Sequence record: JX128259
From: Escherichia phage ECML-134
Strand: one strand, 5' to 3'
DNA length: 64,000 bases
Position 1 is the first letter of the stretch. Every line of letters begins with the position of its first letter. This document shows positions 20,260-30,826 of this stretch, in pieces. Below the pieces are notes generated by a model, which was given only the letters and a program-made list of their open reading frames with translations, was not told the origin of the DNA and made no database searches. The translations under genes were made by a program, and so were the position numbers.

Positions 20260-21719
20260 AAACCAGTTACCTCATGAAAATTACCAAATACATCCTCGAA
20301 TGTATTAGCTTTAGTTTTATCTTCACGCAAACGAATCGCAATCGGAAGAAATAATTTAACGTAATCAGTGCGGCCATCAGATTTTAACCAACCGTTGCAT
20401 TCGCACTCTAGAATTTTTCCAATATAATAATTTTGGTTTTCCATAATGCGAGTACGGTCAAGTTCATGCGATTTTACACCGGCTTTATCTTTTAAGCCTG
20501 AACCAGCATTTACTTTAATTTTTCCACACTCTGACTCAAGAATAAATCCACCTGCTTTAGTAGGGTCTTTACGGTGAGGATAAATTCCTACAATTTTTAA
20601 ATCAACATCAATTACTTCTTTAAATTTATAGAGATTTTTTGAACGAGCATTTTCCCATAATCCATCGATATTTTTGAGAATAATACCTTCAAGACCTTGG
20701 TCAATATACTTTTTATAAATTACCTTAGCTTCATCTAGGTTATTTACTATCTGGTTTTCAATTAAAATTACTTTATCATAGCCTGATGTCATTTGTTCTA
20801 GTTTAGAAAAACGTACATCATATTTTAAACGAAATGCTGGAAGACCGTATATTTCTACTAATGGAACATAGTCCCAGACCTGAAACTTCATGCATTGTGC
20901 TTCTTTTTCAGAAATGGTTCCCTTTAAAGATTTATTAGCGATTCCATTAGAAGCAGTACGTGATTCAGCTACTTCGGCGAATTCTTTAGCTTTACTAATT
21001 TCAGGATAAGCATCAAAAAGAAAATCTAGGCCTTCTGGTTCCTTTTCAACTTGCTCATGGTATACCAATTCGCCATCAATTAATACACCTTCTGGATGAA
21101 TCTGGCGGGCTTCAGCAGTCATTTTGATTAACTCTTCCTTAAGAAGATCTAATCCTAGATATTCATTGCCAGCTCGTGATAAAAGACGAACATCATCTAA
21201 TTCATCACCTCTGACTTCGGCAAAGCACCGAGCTCCATCAGCTTTTAACTGGGCAAAGGCTGGAAATTTGATATTCTTATTAATGCCTTTTTCATCATAA
21301 GAACTTGCAAGCATTTGAGGTTGTTCAGGAATTAAACCTGGCCAAACTTTGTTCGCAATAGATACTGAAGCGCCACATTCAAGATCTCGCATCATCACTC
21401 GACGCAAAACTTCAACATCATCTTTTTTACCATCGGTGATGTATCCAGTTAATTCCTCAATCGCCGCATTTCCAGTCAATTTCCGAGTAGCTAACGTGAA
21501 TTCAATGAAGTCAAACATATCGGTAAGAGTCAACATTCCAAAACTCTGGGTAGCAATACCAGGTTTAGGCCATTTCTTGATATAATACTGTAACCCACGA
21601 GAATAAGTCAGACGATATACTCGTTTAAGCAATTCATTATCTTTATTCTTTTCAAGAATTGCTTGCTTCTGCTTAGTTGAACCAATAGATGCTATTTCGT
21701 TCAGAATTTTAAGAATCAT
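20256..21719 (-). CDS. 30: ATP-dependent DNA ligase gp30
   Basis: 487 aa; adenylation motif KADGAR; near-identical to T4 DNA ligase as recalled. Confidence 0.95.
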   Translation of the reverse strand: MILKILNEIASIGSTKQKQAILEKNKDNELLKRVYRLTYSRGLQYYIKKWPKPGIATQSFGMLTLTDMFDFIEFTLATRKLTGNAAIEELTGYITDGKKDDVEVLRRVMMRDLECGASVSIANKVWPGLIPEQPQMLASSYDEKGINKNIKFPAFAQLKADGARCFAEVRGDELDDVRLLSRAGNEYLGLDLLKEELIKMTAEARQIHPEGVLIDGELVYHEQVEKEPEGLDFLFDAYPEISKAKEFAEVAESRTASNGIANKSLKGTISEKEAQCMKFQVWDYVPLVEIYGLPAFRLKYDVRFSKLEQMTSGYDKVILIENQIVNNLDEAKVIYKKYIDQGLEGIILKNIDGLWENARSKNLYKFKEVIDVDLKIVGIYPHRKDPTKAGGFILESECGKIKVNAGSGLKDKAGVKSHELDRTRIMENQNYYIGKILECECNGWLKSDGRTDYVKLFLPIAIRLREDKTKANTFEDVFGNFHEVTGL

Positions 21720-21985
21720 TGTTCATCCTTTAGAGTTTGGTTTACAGCTCTATTATAAATCAATTCATCATTAAGCTCAGTCAAAGACCTGTGGTACGTG
21801 GTTCTAACTTTATTTCCTTGCATCCAGTGCTTGACGTAAATGAAACCTTGCTCTACACATTTTTTAAAAATTCGTTCGTCTTTTTGAGCTCGGAATTCTG
21901 GATTGCATCTAAAAAATTGATTTACGTGACCGTAATCACGTGTAGTATTACCTTCATTTTCATAAATAGTGTGAACGACAAACAT
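21716..21985 (-). CDS. Hypothetical protein (30.1-like)
   Basis: 89-aa ORF, overlapping stop/start arrangement. Confidence 0.6.
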   Translation of the reverse strand: MFVVHTIYENEGNTTRDYGHVNQFFRCNPEFRAQKDERIFKKCVEQGFIYVKHWMQGNKVRTTYHRSLTELNDELIYNRAVNQTLKDEQ

Positions 21986-22839
21986 TAGAATGCTCCTTGG
22001 AAAATATTATCACCACTACCACTAGTAAGTCTATTAAAATACCCTGCATCACCAGGCTTAATATAACTCCATGTATGGAATGGATGCATCTGATGTGAGT
22101 GCGTATAATATGGATGATATGGATTATAAGGATTAAATCCAGGAGTTCTCCAGGTAGTGTTCCAACGAAAAGAATCGTTTTTAATCATCTTTTCAATTAC
22201 ATCTTTTATAGCTTTTTCACTATCAAAACTTTCTTTATTTTCCTTTGGTGGAAAAAGCTTATTCTCTACATCATTCCATGTATAAACTCGCTGAGCGGTT
22301 TTTGGAATACTGTCACGCTCCCCTCGAGCCATCCAATAAACAGGAACATTTAATATTTCACTTGCATGATCGCAGTGGTGAGCGAGATCGTCAATATAAC
22401 AAATTACGTTATATTTCTCTTTTGCCTTTTTGAACAACTCTTCTTTTGAAGAATCATGACCACACATCAATACTTCTGAGAAGGCACCAGGAAAAAGAGC
22501 ATTCAAATTAAATTGACGATTCAGCAGAGCGTCAATAGAATCACCCAATGCTGTAACAGCTACAAAATTATAATCTTCTTTTAATTTGTTAATTACACAC
22601 AGGGCATCTTTATATGGAGACAAGTAACGAATAAAATCTGAACGATTGTATTTTTCAATTAACTTGACGCCAAGTTCTTCATCACAATTAAAGAGTTTAC
22701 CAGGAGAAATAAATTTCTCATCTTGGATCATTTTTAAAATATGTTCTAACGGAAGATTATATTTCTGAGCAAAATAAGGAAGGCCTGATTGCCAGCTTAA
22801 ACATACTCCATCAATATCAGTCAAAATAGTAGGCTTCAT
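21985..22839 (-). CDS. HAD-superfamily hydrolase-like protein (30.2-like) with His/Tyr/Pro-rich C-terminal tail
   Basis: N-terminal ILTDIDGV (DxDG HAD motif I); C-terminal NPYNPYHPYYTHSHQMHPFHTW. Confidence 0.7.
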   Translation of the reverse strand: MKPTILTDIDGVCLSWQSGLPYFAQKYNLPLEHILKMIQDEKFISPGKLFNCDEELGVKLIEKYNRSDFIRYLSPYKDALCVINKLKEDYNFVAVTALGDSIDALLNRQFNLNALFPGAFSEVLMCGHDSSKEELFKKAKEKYNVICYIDDLAHHCDHASEILNVPVYWMARGERDSIPKTAQRVYTWNDVENKLFPPKENKESFDSEKAIKDVIEKMIKNDSFRWNTTWRTPGFNPYNPYHPYYTHSHQMHPFHTWSYIKPGDAGYFNRLTSGSGDNIFQGAF

Positions 22840-23300
22840 AGAGAGTCTCTTAATAGGTTTAACACATCAATAAATTCAGCTTCGGTTAGTATTGTATCAT
22901 CTTTTGTTAGACCACTAGCCATGCTGTGCTTCAAAACTTTTCCTTTTGAGGCTTGTAAGGCATCACGAAACCCCTTGTTTTGAATCGCTGCTTCAAAATA
23001 TGCATTTGTATACAACTCTTTCCACGCTGGGGAGTATCTTGAAAATGGAACTCCCAGCCAGAAGAGGGTCCCACGGTCCTGAGCTCTTGCATAAGACCTT
23101 CCAGCTTGTTGGGCGGCAAGCCCGGATAACCCAAATATACGTCTTTGCTGCTCAACATTTTTCACCTTGCATCCTTGGAGGAATCCTTCGAGACCTCCAA
23201 ATTGGATACCATCCATAACAAAAGGCCATTGGGCGAAATTACTTAATGCGCATGATGGCCATCTAAAATTGCTTCTAATCTCTAACTCAGACATTTTCAA
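22836..23300 (-). CDS. NADAR/YbiA-like domain protein (30.3-like)
   Basis: 154 aa; LSNFAQWPFVMDGIQF...EGFLQGCK resembles the YbiA/NADAR SNFxxWPxxVDG core. Confidence 0.65.
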   Translation of the reverse strand: MKMSELEIRSNFRWPSCALSNFAQWPFVMDGIQFGGLEGFLQGCKVKNVEQQRRIFGLSGLAAQQAGRSYARAQDRGTLFWLGVPFSRYSPAWKELYTNAYFEAAIQNKGFRDALQASKGKVLKHSMASGLTKDDTILTEAEFIDVLNLLRDSL

Positions 23301-23493
23301 TACTTATAATTTCAACATCAGCCCAATGACCATAGCAAGGAAGACGAAATTCAACTGGCCAGTTAGGGTCCTTTTCTAATATAATAGACTTAACTTGTGG
23401 TTCTTCATGTTCATCAGTATATGGATTTTTATCTGTTACTTTATATGTGACCTTAATGTACTGAATTCCAAAAATCTTATTAATTATATTCAT
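23287..23493 (-). CDS. Hypothetical protein
   Basis: 68-aa ORF in operon. Confidence 0.5.
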   Translation of the reverse strand: MNIINKIFGIQYIKVTYKVTDKNPYTDEHEEPQVKSIILEKDPNWPVEFRLPCYGHWADVEIISIENV

Positions 23494-23687
23494 ACTAATT
23501 CCTTTAATCCGTAAATAGGAGATAATTCATCACCCATACGAAGGTCTTCATTTCCATCTACCCAGGAAACAATATAAGCCTCTTTTATTTGAACACCACT
23601 CCATTTAAATGGAGGTAGAACCTTAGAAATTAATCCAGGTATACCAACTCCCTTTAATTCAACAGTTTGACCTAAAAAGAATTTCAT
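23490..23687 (-). CDS. Hypothetical protein
   Basis: 65-aa ORF in operon. Confidence 0.5.
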   Translation of the reverse strand: MKFFLGQTVELKGVGIPGLISKVLPPFKWSGVQIKEAYIVSWVDGNEDLRMGDELSPIYGLKELV

Positions 23688-23974
23688 TAGAACCTCATCT
23701 GAAAGCCGTGTGATTTAACATTACCACCGCCAATATCAGAAATGTTAATTTCACTCGCAATTGAAGGGTCAATGTCAATTTCACGATTGAGTTTAGTGAT
23801 AGCTAAAGTATCACGCCCATTTACTGTACGGAATTCTAAAGGACAAACCACATCAACGTAATTTTTAATCGATTCACTAGTAGGTTGCAAATGAGCAGGA
23901 AGGTCTTTGGGCGCCTTTGAGAAAACCACTTCACAGAAATTTTTACGGGTATCAAAATAAGTAGTCATAAACAT
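23687..23974 (-). CDS. Hypothetical protein
   Basis: 95-aa ORF with GAGGAAAA RBS. Confidence 0.55.
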   Translation of the reverse strand: MFMTTYFDTRKNFCEVVFSKAPKDLPAHLQPTSESIKNYVDVVCPLEFRTVNGRDTLAITKLNREIDIDPSIASEINISDIGGGNVKSHGFQMRF

Positions 23975-24015
23975 GGTATTTTCCTCAGTAAGGGGCCGAA
24001 GCCCCTCATTTTATT

Positions 24016-24381
24016 TTAAATATCAAATTCATTAAGAACTACATCAAAGATTGCTTCGAGATGTTCAGGTTTAGCTCTGTTACTCAGAATATGACGAATC
24101 CAAGTTTTAACCAAAAGCTTGCGATTAGCACCATTCCAACAAGGATGAGTCCCTAAATCGCGTTGACGAAAATCATCATCCAGAGCGATTTTAAAGTTGG
24201 AACCTTCCATTGTGATTGAAACCGTGATGCCATTTTCAAATCGCATATAAACGTAATTAGGAGTCATATACTGTTCAATTTCGCATACTGATCCATTTTG
24301 ATGTTTCCAAAGGCAAATAGTATCAATAGAACCTGCAATACCATTAGAAACATATTTACGTTCAAAGTTGATGTAGTTCAT
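24016..24381 (-). CDS. Hypothetical protein
   Basis: 121-aa ORF. Confidence 0.6.
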   Translation of the reverse strand: MNYINFERKYVSNGIAGSIDTICLWKHQNGSVCEIEQYMTPNYVYMRFENGITVSITMEGSNFKIALDDDFRQRDLGTHPCWNGANRKLLVKTWIRHILSNRAKPEHLEAIFDVVLNEFDI

Positions 24382-24449
24382 TTTTATTCTCCGTGATGTT
24401 TAATTGCGGTACAGGTATATAATATCATATCCTGTACCAAAGTAAACAA

Positions 24450-24782
24450 TTATTTTACTACTTTCCAATGCTTCATGTCAAGTTTACCAACTTTTTTCAT
24501 CTTCTCAATTAAGCGTTCGGCACGTTGGCGAGCTGTAACATAATACCATTCACCTAATTCATTTTGTTCAATTTTTCCAACGATTACTGTATTCAATTCA
24601 TAAATCCAACCGGTAAAGAAATTATGAACTTGAATTGTAAAGGTGAAATCTGTTCCCATACCTTCTGTTGTTTCTACTTCAATAATATCACCTTCAACTG
24701 CCATTAAGAACCACATAGTTTCATTATATTTACCATTGAAGCATTTAGTTTTAACTGCAGCGTTCAGATTAATCGTTTTCAT
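24450..24782 (-). CDS. Hypothetical protein
   Basis: 110-aa ORF. Confidence 0.6.
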   Translation of the reverse strand: MKTINLNAAVKTKCFNGKYNETMWFLMAVEGDIIEVETTEGMGTDFTFTIQVHNFFTGWIYELNTVIVGKIEQNELGEWYYVTARQRAERLIEKMKKVGKLDMKHWKVVK

Positions 24783-24859
24783 TTTATTCTCCTTTGTTTG
24801 TGTAAGATAATACTATCACAAAGGAACCATATTGTAAACAACTTTGTGCAATCTTTGGA

Positions 24860-24888
24860 AAATAAAAAAGGACTCCCGAAGGAGTCCT
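24860..24888 (-). terminator. Hairpin terminator
   Basis: GGACTCC-CGAA-GGAGTCC with T-run on the - strand. Confidence 0.65.
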
Positions 24889-24892
24889 CAAC

Positions 24893-25111
24893 TTATGCTT
24901 TCTGCTTACCAAAACGAGAAGCATCATCTCGAAGAACCGCACGTGCTCGGCGCATGATCTTCTCAACAGTTTGATTGATACGAGAGTTCGACCCACGCTT
25001 GTAGCCAGCGCGTTTAGAATCACCAACTTTCTTTTCAACTGCTTTCTTTGCTTTAACTTGTTTTGCCATTATAAATTCTCTTTTAAATGAAAATGCAGGA
25101 CTTATTGGCAT
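24893..25111 (-). CDS. Small basic protein; start uncertain (25111 or 25069)
   Basis: Lys/Arg-rich 58-72 aa ORF followed by a hairpin terminator. Confidence 0.5.
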   Translation of the reverse strand: MPISPAFSFKREFIMAKQVKAKKAVEKKVGDSKRAGYKRGSNSRINQTVEKIMRRARAVLRDDASRFGKQKA

Positions 25112-25290
25112 TGCCTGCGCAAGCCCTCAAGGGGGTACTTAGGTTTTGAATATTTACCGACAGGATAACCATAAACCTCGTCATCATACCACCAAGACTT
25201 ACACAGATAACACTTTTCTGACGCATGATAGTAACATTCAAGAGGTACACCGTAAAACTGCCGGGGTCTTAAAACTATAATGATTCGCAA
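25102..25290 (-). CDS. Possible small Cys-rich protein
   Basis: 62-aa ORF with CYYHASEKCYLC; overlaps the neighbouring ORF; weak support. Confidence 0.3.
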   Translation of the reverse strand: MRIIIVLRPRQFYGVPLECYYHASEKCYLCKSWWYDDEVYGYPVGKYSKPKYPLEGLRRQCQ

Positions 25291-25357
25291 ATCATTAATC
25301 AGACAGTTCGACGGCTCCTCGATTTAGCTCACACTAAGGCAGTGAATCTCCAATAAA

Positions 25358-25606
25358 TTACTTCAATGTTACCACAAAGTGACGAACTGCTTTTCGTGCA
25401 GCAGAAGCCAGAGGCTTAGCATATTTAAGTTCATCTTTTTCCTGAAGCTCAGCAGCTAATGCAGTTTGAGCAGGATTCAGATGTTTGAAATAACGCAGGA
25501 TTTCAAGAGCTTCGGCTTCAACATCAATAGATGCGCCATAGTTTTCGTGACCATTATTCCATGCGTTTCGTTGCAGTTCAAGAGCGTGTTGTAATTGTTT
25601 AATCAT
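25358..25606 (-). CDS. rIII: RIII lysis inhibition accessory protein
   Basis: 82 aa, T4 length and position downstream of gene 31. Confidence 0.85.
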   Translation of the reverse strand: MIKQLQHALELQRNAWNNGHENYGASIDVEAEALEILRYFKHLNPAQTALAAELQEKDELKYAKPLASAARKAVRHFVVTLK

Positions 25607-25745
25607 TTAAAAATTCTCGTTAGAGATTAAAACTCGGTAGTCACGTTCTTCTGAATTTCATCTTCTTTCGACAGATCTCTCAGTTGTAGACTACCACGTA
25701 GAATTGTTCGGTTAACATATTATTCCGACACCCAATTCATATTAT

Positions 25746-25753
25746 TATTTATA
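25746..25753 (-). promoter_or_regulatory. Late promoter TATAAATA (rIII)
   Basis: Octamer on the - strand at the end of gene 31, upstream of rIII. Confidence 0.6.
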
Positions 25754-26089
25754 TCACTTATAAAGACATGGAATAGCTTTATAGTGGCAAGTGACGAATT
25801 TTTGTTTAATTTCTTTTGGCTGCTTAAGACCCAGAGCTACAAAAGGATGCGGAACGTTTCGAATTTGACCAACTGGAAGAGAAGTCAAATCACCAACTTC
25901 GCAGAAACCTTCAGGAACATCAGGACCAACAGAGTGAACTACACACAGTTCAGGAACTTCACCTTGAACACGTTTACCGATAATAAGTCCTGATTCTGTA
26001 ACTTCTTCATCACCGGCTTGTGCAGGTTCAGAAACTAAAATAACATATTCACCGACAGCACGAATTGGTAGCTGTTGTACTTCAGACAT
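25754..26089 (-). CDS. 31: gp31 co-chaperonin (GroES analogue for capsid folding)
   Basis: 111 aa, T4 length and position. Confidence 0.9.
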
Positions 26090-26145
26090 CGTTTTTCCTT
26101 TTTGTTAACAGATGAATTAATAATAACAAATAATTCTTAAAGCAT

Positions 26146-26454
26146 TTATTTACCAATAAATTGGAGTAAATGCTCAACTTTCATACCATTAACGGAAATC
26201 AATTTGTCAATAGAAAAACCTCGCCATGCACCAAGCTCGACATCAAACACTGGAATCATGTCAGTAGATTCTTTCCGAGTAGATTCAGTCAATTTACCAG
26301 TTTGCATGGTTGGCATAAAGTCTGCATCACGAGTACCTTTCATAGTACGAATAGTACCATCAGACTTTTCAAAAACTACGTTTGAAACACCCATGGACAA
26401 TTTAGTTTTCAAAATTTCGCGAATTGCTACTTTCTGCTCAGTTGTCAGTTTCAT
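26146..26454 (-). CDS. Hypothetical protein (31.1-like)
   Basis: 102-aa ORF. Confidence 0.6.
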   Translation of the reverse strand: MKLTTEQKVAIREILKTKLSMGVSNVVFEKSDGTIRTMKGTRDADFMPTMQTGKLTESTRKESTDMIPVFDVELGAWRGFSIDKLISVNGMKVEHLLQFIGK

Positions 26455-26691
26455 TTATTTACCTATCACAGTTTTAATATGAGTTGTTCCACGTTCTTTA
26501 AGGGTGGAAAGTAATTTTTGGCATTTTTCTAAATCAGATTTCCAACTATATGGTCTATCAATACTAGTCCAATCAGTTTTATAATACTGTTTCCATTTAG
26601 AGAAAAAATATTTCTTATACTCTACAGCAAATGAGATGTTCTCGTTAGAATAAGAACTAATTGCTGTGAGCTTTACCAAACGAAATTTCAT
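26455..26691 (-). CDS. Hypothetical protein (31.2-like)
   Basis: 78-aa ORF. Confidence 0.55.
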   Translation of the reverse strand: MKFRLVKLTAISSYSNENISFAVEYKKYFFSKWKQYYKTDWTSIDRPYSWKSDLEKCQKLLSTLKERGTTHIKTVIGK

Positions 26692-27272
26692 TATTCACCA
26701 CAGAATTCGTTGATATTTTCCCAGTTTAACTTATTCAAGTTTTTCTTAGGAACATTAAACACTTCAATACCTGCATTTCGCAGAATATCATCCCAGCCAG
26801 GTTTATTTTTATCGTATGTTTCACAATAAACCAGCTTTTTAATACCAGATTGAGCTATCGCTTTTGCACAATCTGGGCAAGGAGAAAGTGTTACATACAT
26901 AGTAGCACCTTCAATAGAAGAACCATTTCGTGCAGCAAACAAAATTGCATTTAGTTCAGCATGAATTTCATTTTTAGACGACCATTCAGAGTGAGCGCTA
27001 CGATGTTCTTTCGCCAAAACAAAACGATCAGTTGAACCAAATGATACGCATTCAGGCTTATGGCCTTGAATGATAGTGTGTTTAGGCTTATTCAACAACC
27101 AACCTTGCTCAGCAGCATAATCACAACAGTTCACACCCCCTGCGGGTGAACCATTATACCCAGTAGAAATAATACGTCCATTCTTTTCAATTACTGCTCC
27201 TACCTTCCAGGAGCAACATTTTGATTCCTGTGATACTAAATATGCAATTTGAAGTACTGTACTCGCTTTCAT
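26691..27272 (-). CDS. cd: dCMP deaminase
   Basis: 193 aa; zinc-binding HAELNA and PCxxC deaminase motifs. Confidence 0.93.
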   Translation of the reverse strand: MKASTVLQIAYLVSQESKCCSWKVGAVIEKNGRIISTGYNGSPAGGVNCCDYAAEQGWLLNKPKHTIIQGHKPECVSFGSTDRFVLAKEHRSAHSEWSSKNEIHAELNAILFAARNGSSIEGATMYVTLSPCPDCAKAIAQSGIKKLVYCETYDKNKPGWDDILRNAGIEVFNVPKKNLNKLNWENINEFCGE

Positions 27273-27607
27273 TTCATAATCACCAGATAAGCAGATTTAG
27301 CAGTTTCAACACGATAAATTTCGTGACGAAGTTTAGTTATACTTTTAATAACAGAACTAATTATATTCTGCCCATCTTTAAAGCGGTTTTTCTTATCAAT
27401 AAAAATTGCGCCAACCATCTTTTTGTGAAGCTCAACTGGATACTTCGTCACAATAATAGCATCATTCACAGAAGGATGAATACTATTCACCAGAGTATCA
27501 TTCATTAAAGTTATTCTAATGAACTGTGCTGTTTCAGAATCAAGCGCTCTATGATCGCCAGTATCATTTTCAAGACAATTATCAATTATATCAGTTAAAT
27601 TCATCAT
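27269..27607 (-). CDS. Hypothetical protein (cd.1-like)
   Basis: 112-aa ORF. Confidence 0.6.
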   Translation of the reverse strand: MMNLTDIIDNCLENDTGDHRALDSETAQFIRITLMNDTLVNSIHPSVNDAIIVTKYPVELHKKMVGAIFIDKKNRFKDGQNIISSVIKSITKLRHEIYRVETAKSAYLVIMK

Positions 27608-27843
27608 AGTACGCCATACACCCTTTGTGCTTCAACTAATCCATCAAAATCCAGTTTAAGATGCGATATTTGATCGCCATCACCTGGATTCACAATTACT
27701 AATACTGAACGAGGAGTTTCGGTAATAACACGAACCGATGTTTCAGGAAATCGTTCAGAAACCTTATTTACTAATTCCTGTGCAAATAGTTTAACTTTTT
27801 CTTGGAATTCTTTAACAGTAATTGGTTTTTCACTTAGCAGCAT
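27604..27843 (-). CDS. Hypothetical protein (cd.2-like)
   Basis: 79-aa ORF. Confidence 0.55.
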   Translation of the reverse strand: MLLSEKPITVKEFQEKVKLFAQELVNKVSERFPETSVRVITETPRSVLVIVNPGDGDQISHLKLDFDGLVEAQRVYGVL

Positions 27844-28364
27844 GTTGATCCCAGCTCCTTACTTTCAACGTTTTTAACTAATTTGACAGAAACTAATTCA
27901 GCATCTTGAGTAATCATTACCGGACCTTCTTCATACTCTTCAAGATATTCTAGTGCTTTCTTTTTAGCTTCTTCCTTCGTATCAGTTTGAGCATAGATAT
28001 AAAACATACAACCAGTAATACCTACTACTTTCCACTTAATTTCTTTATCAGTTTTAATTTCAAATTTACTGACAGAATCATCTTTTTGAACTTCTTCGAA
28101 AAAAGAATATTCTAACATATAAGCAATTGAAAATAGCGGGCTAACTTTATAGGATTCTCCCATTACATCAACAGCTTTATACCAGCAGTCATCAATTTCG
28201 CGTTTAATGCTAATAACATTTTTCGCAGGATCTATTTTTACTTTAAATGAATTTTCCCCAATAAACTGGGCAATTCGTTTATTAGCCCCGCAAGTTTCAT
28301 TAAAAATATCTTTATACCCAGTTTTAAAGCGATAAACCTTATCTTCTTCAAACCATTCGCTCAT
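27834..28364 (-). CDS. Hypothetical protein (cd.3-like)
   Basis: 176-aa ORF. Confidence 0.6.
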   Translation of the reverse strand: MSEWFEEDKVYRFKTGYKDIFNETCGANKRIAQFIGENSFKVKIDPAKNVISIKREIDDCWYKAVDVMGESYKVSPLFSIAYMLEYSFFEEVQKDDSVSKFEIKTDKEIKWKVVGITGCMFYIYAQTDTKEEAKKKALEYLEEYEEGPVMITQDAELVSVKLVKNVESKELGSTCC

Positions 28365-28427
28365 TTCAATTTCCTCATTTGTTTTTGGTAGAGCTATAAT
28401 ATCACAACTCTACCGTAAAGTAAACCA

Positions 28428-28733
28428 TTAAATCGCTTTGAATTCCGCAGTTTGAGATTCAAAGCGAATGTCGCCTTTGATAACTAGCTCAGCATCAAGA
28501 CCGAATACAACAATGATATGCGCGGAACCTGGATACAACGTAATGGCAATAGAATCCACCTGGTCTGGAAGCAAAGTGTTCAATACATGAGTCACTTGAG
28601 CATGGATTCGAAGCTCAGCTGCGTTATCAAGTTTTTCAAACATATTATTAGCGATAATTTGGCTAAACACTACTTCTACGATTTTAGAGTAAGTCGGAAA
28701 CATATTTACCTCACATAATTTTCTTCGAGCCAA
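28428..28733 (-). CDS. Hypothetical protein (cd.4-like)
   Basis: 101-aa ORF; true start may be an internal Met. Confidence 0.55.
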   Translation of the reverse strand: MARRKLCEVNMFPTYSKIVEVVFSQIIANNMFEKLDNAAELRIHAQVTHVLNTLLPDQVDSIAITLYPGSAHIIVVFGLDAELVIKGDIRFESQTAEFKAI

Positions 28734-28898
28734 TCAATAACATCCAAAGCGTTATCAAAAGTTTCGCCATCTACTTTGTCTTCTGTTTCATAATCAAGAA
28801 CATCTAGGCCTACTCTTCCGTCAACAATAGGCCATAGACAAAATAGATATTTCTTTTCTTTTTCAATTTTATCACAAAGACGATAAATCTTTTCTAGG

Positions 28899-28906
<8 letters not shown>
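28706..28906 (-). CDS. Hypothetical protein (cd.5-like)
   Basis: 66-aa acidic ORF. Confidence 0.5.
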
Positions 28907-30299
<1,393 letters not shown>

Positions 30300-30303
<4 letters not shown>

Positions 30304-30530
30304 TTATTTTTCTCAACCAACGATTGAATATAATCATGCAGGTCTTTAGATGCTTTACCCCACTTATTTTGATATTCATTTTTAAGATTAGCTCGAGATT
30401 GAGCTAATAAAACATCATTAGTTGGAGGTAAAGATTCTAACCGCTGAATCTGGCGTCCATAAATCATTGCAGCCATCTCGGATTCATAAATCAATCCTTT
30501 GAGATGCTCAAATTGATGCCATGAAATCAT
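30300..30530 (-). CDS. Hypothetical protein
   Basis: 76-aa ORF. Confidence 0.55.
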
Positions 30531-30826
30531 TTACATTTATCCTCTTTTAACTCTTGACGATAATAACATATCATAGTTTTCTGGTCGTGTACATATCGTT
30601 TTACATCATTAAGCCAAATACGAAATTCCTGAGAATCTTCAAATGGCATACCGACCCAAGCTTTACCATCGATAACTTTAACTTGCCAAGATAGTTTAGC
30701 TTCATCATATGACTTTATCTGCACAGGCCAATTAGGATGAACTGTTTCTTTCTTTACTTCTAGAGGCTTTGTCGAACAACCAACTAGAAGACCAATAGAT
30801 AATATTACTGCTGATAGTTTAATCAT
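30527..30826 (-). CDS. Outer-membrane lipoprotein, o-spanin candidate (PseT.2-like)
   Basis: Signal peptide with lipobox LLVGC; 99 aa; immediately downstream of i-spanin candidate. Confidence 0.7.
   Translation of the reverse strand: MIKLSAVILSIGLLVGCSTKPLEVKKETVHPNWPVQIKSYDEAKLSWQVKVIDGKAWVGMPFEDSQEFRIWLNDVKRYVHDQKTMICYYRQELKEDKCK

Noticed and set aside
23992-24005. GC hairpin GGGGC-CGAA-GCCCC between two - strand ORFs, initially read as a terminator
   Set aside because: On the coding (-) strand it is not followed by a U-run, so it is more likely an intercistronic RNA stability or processing hairpin than a terminator.
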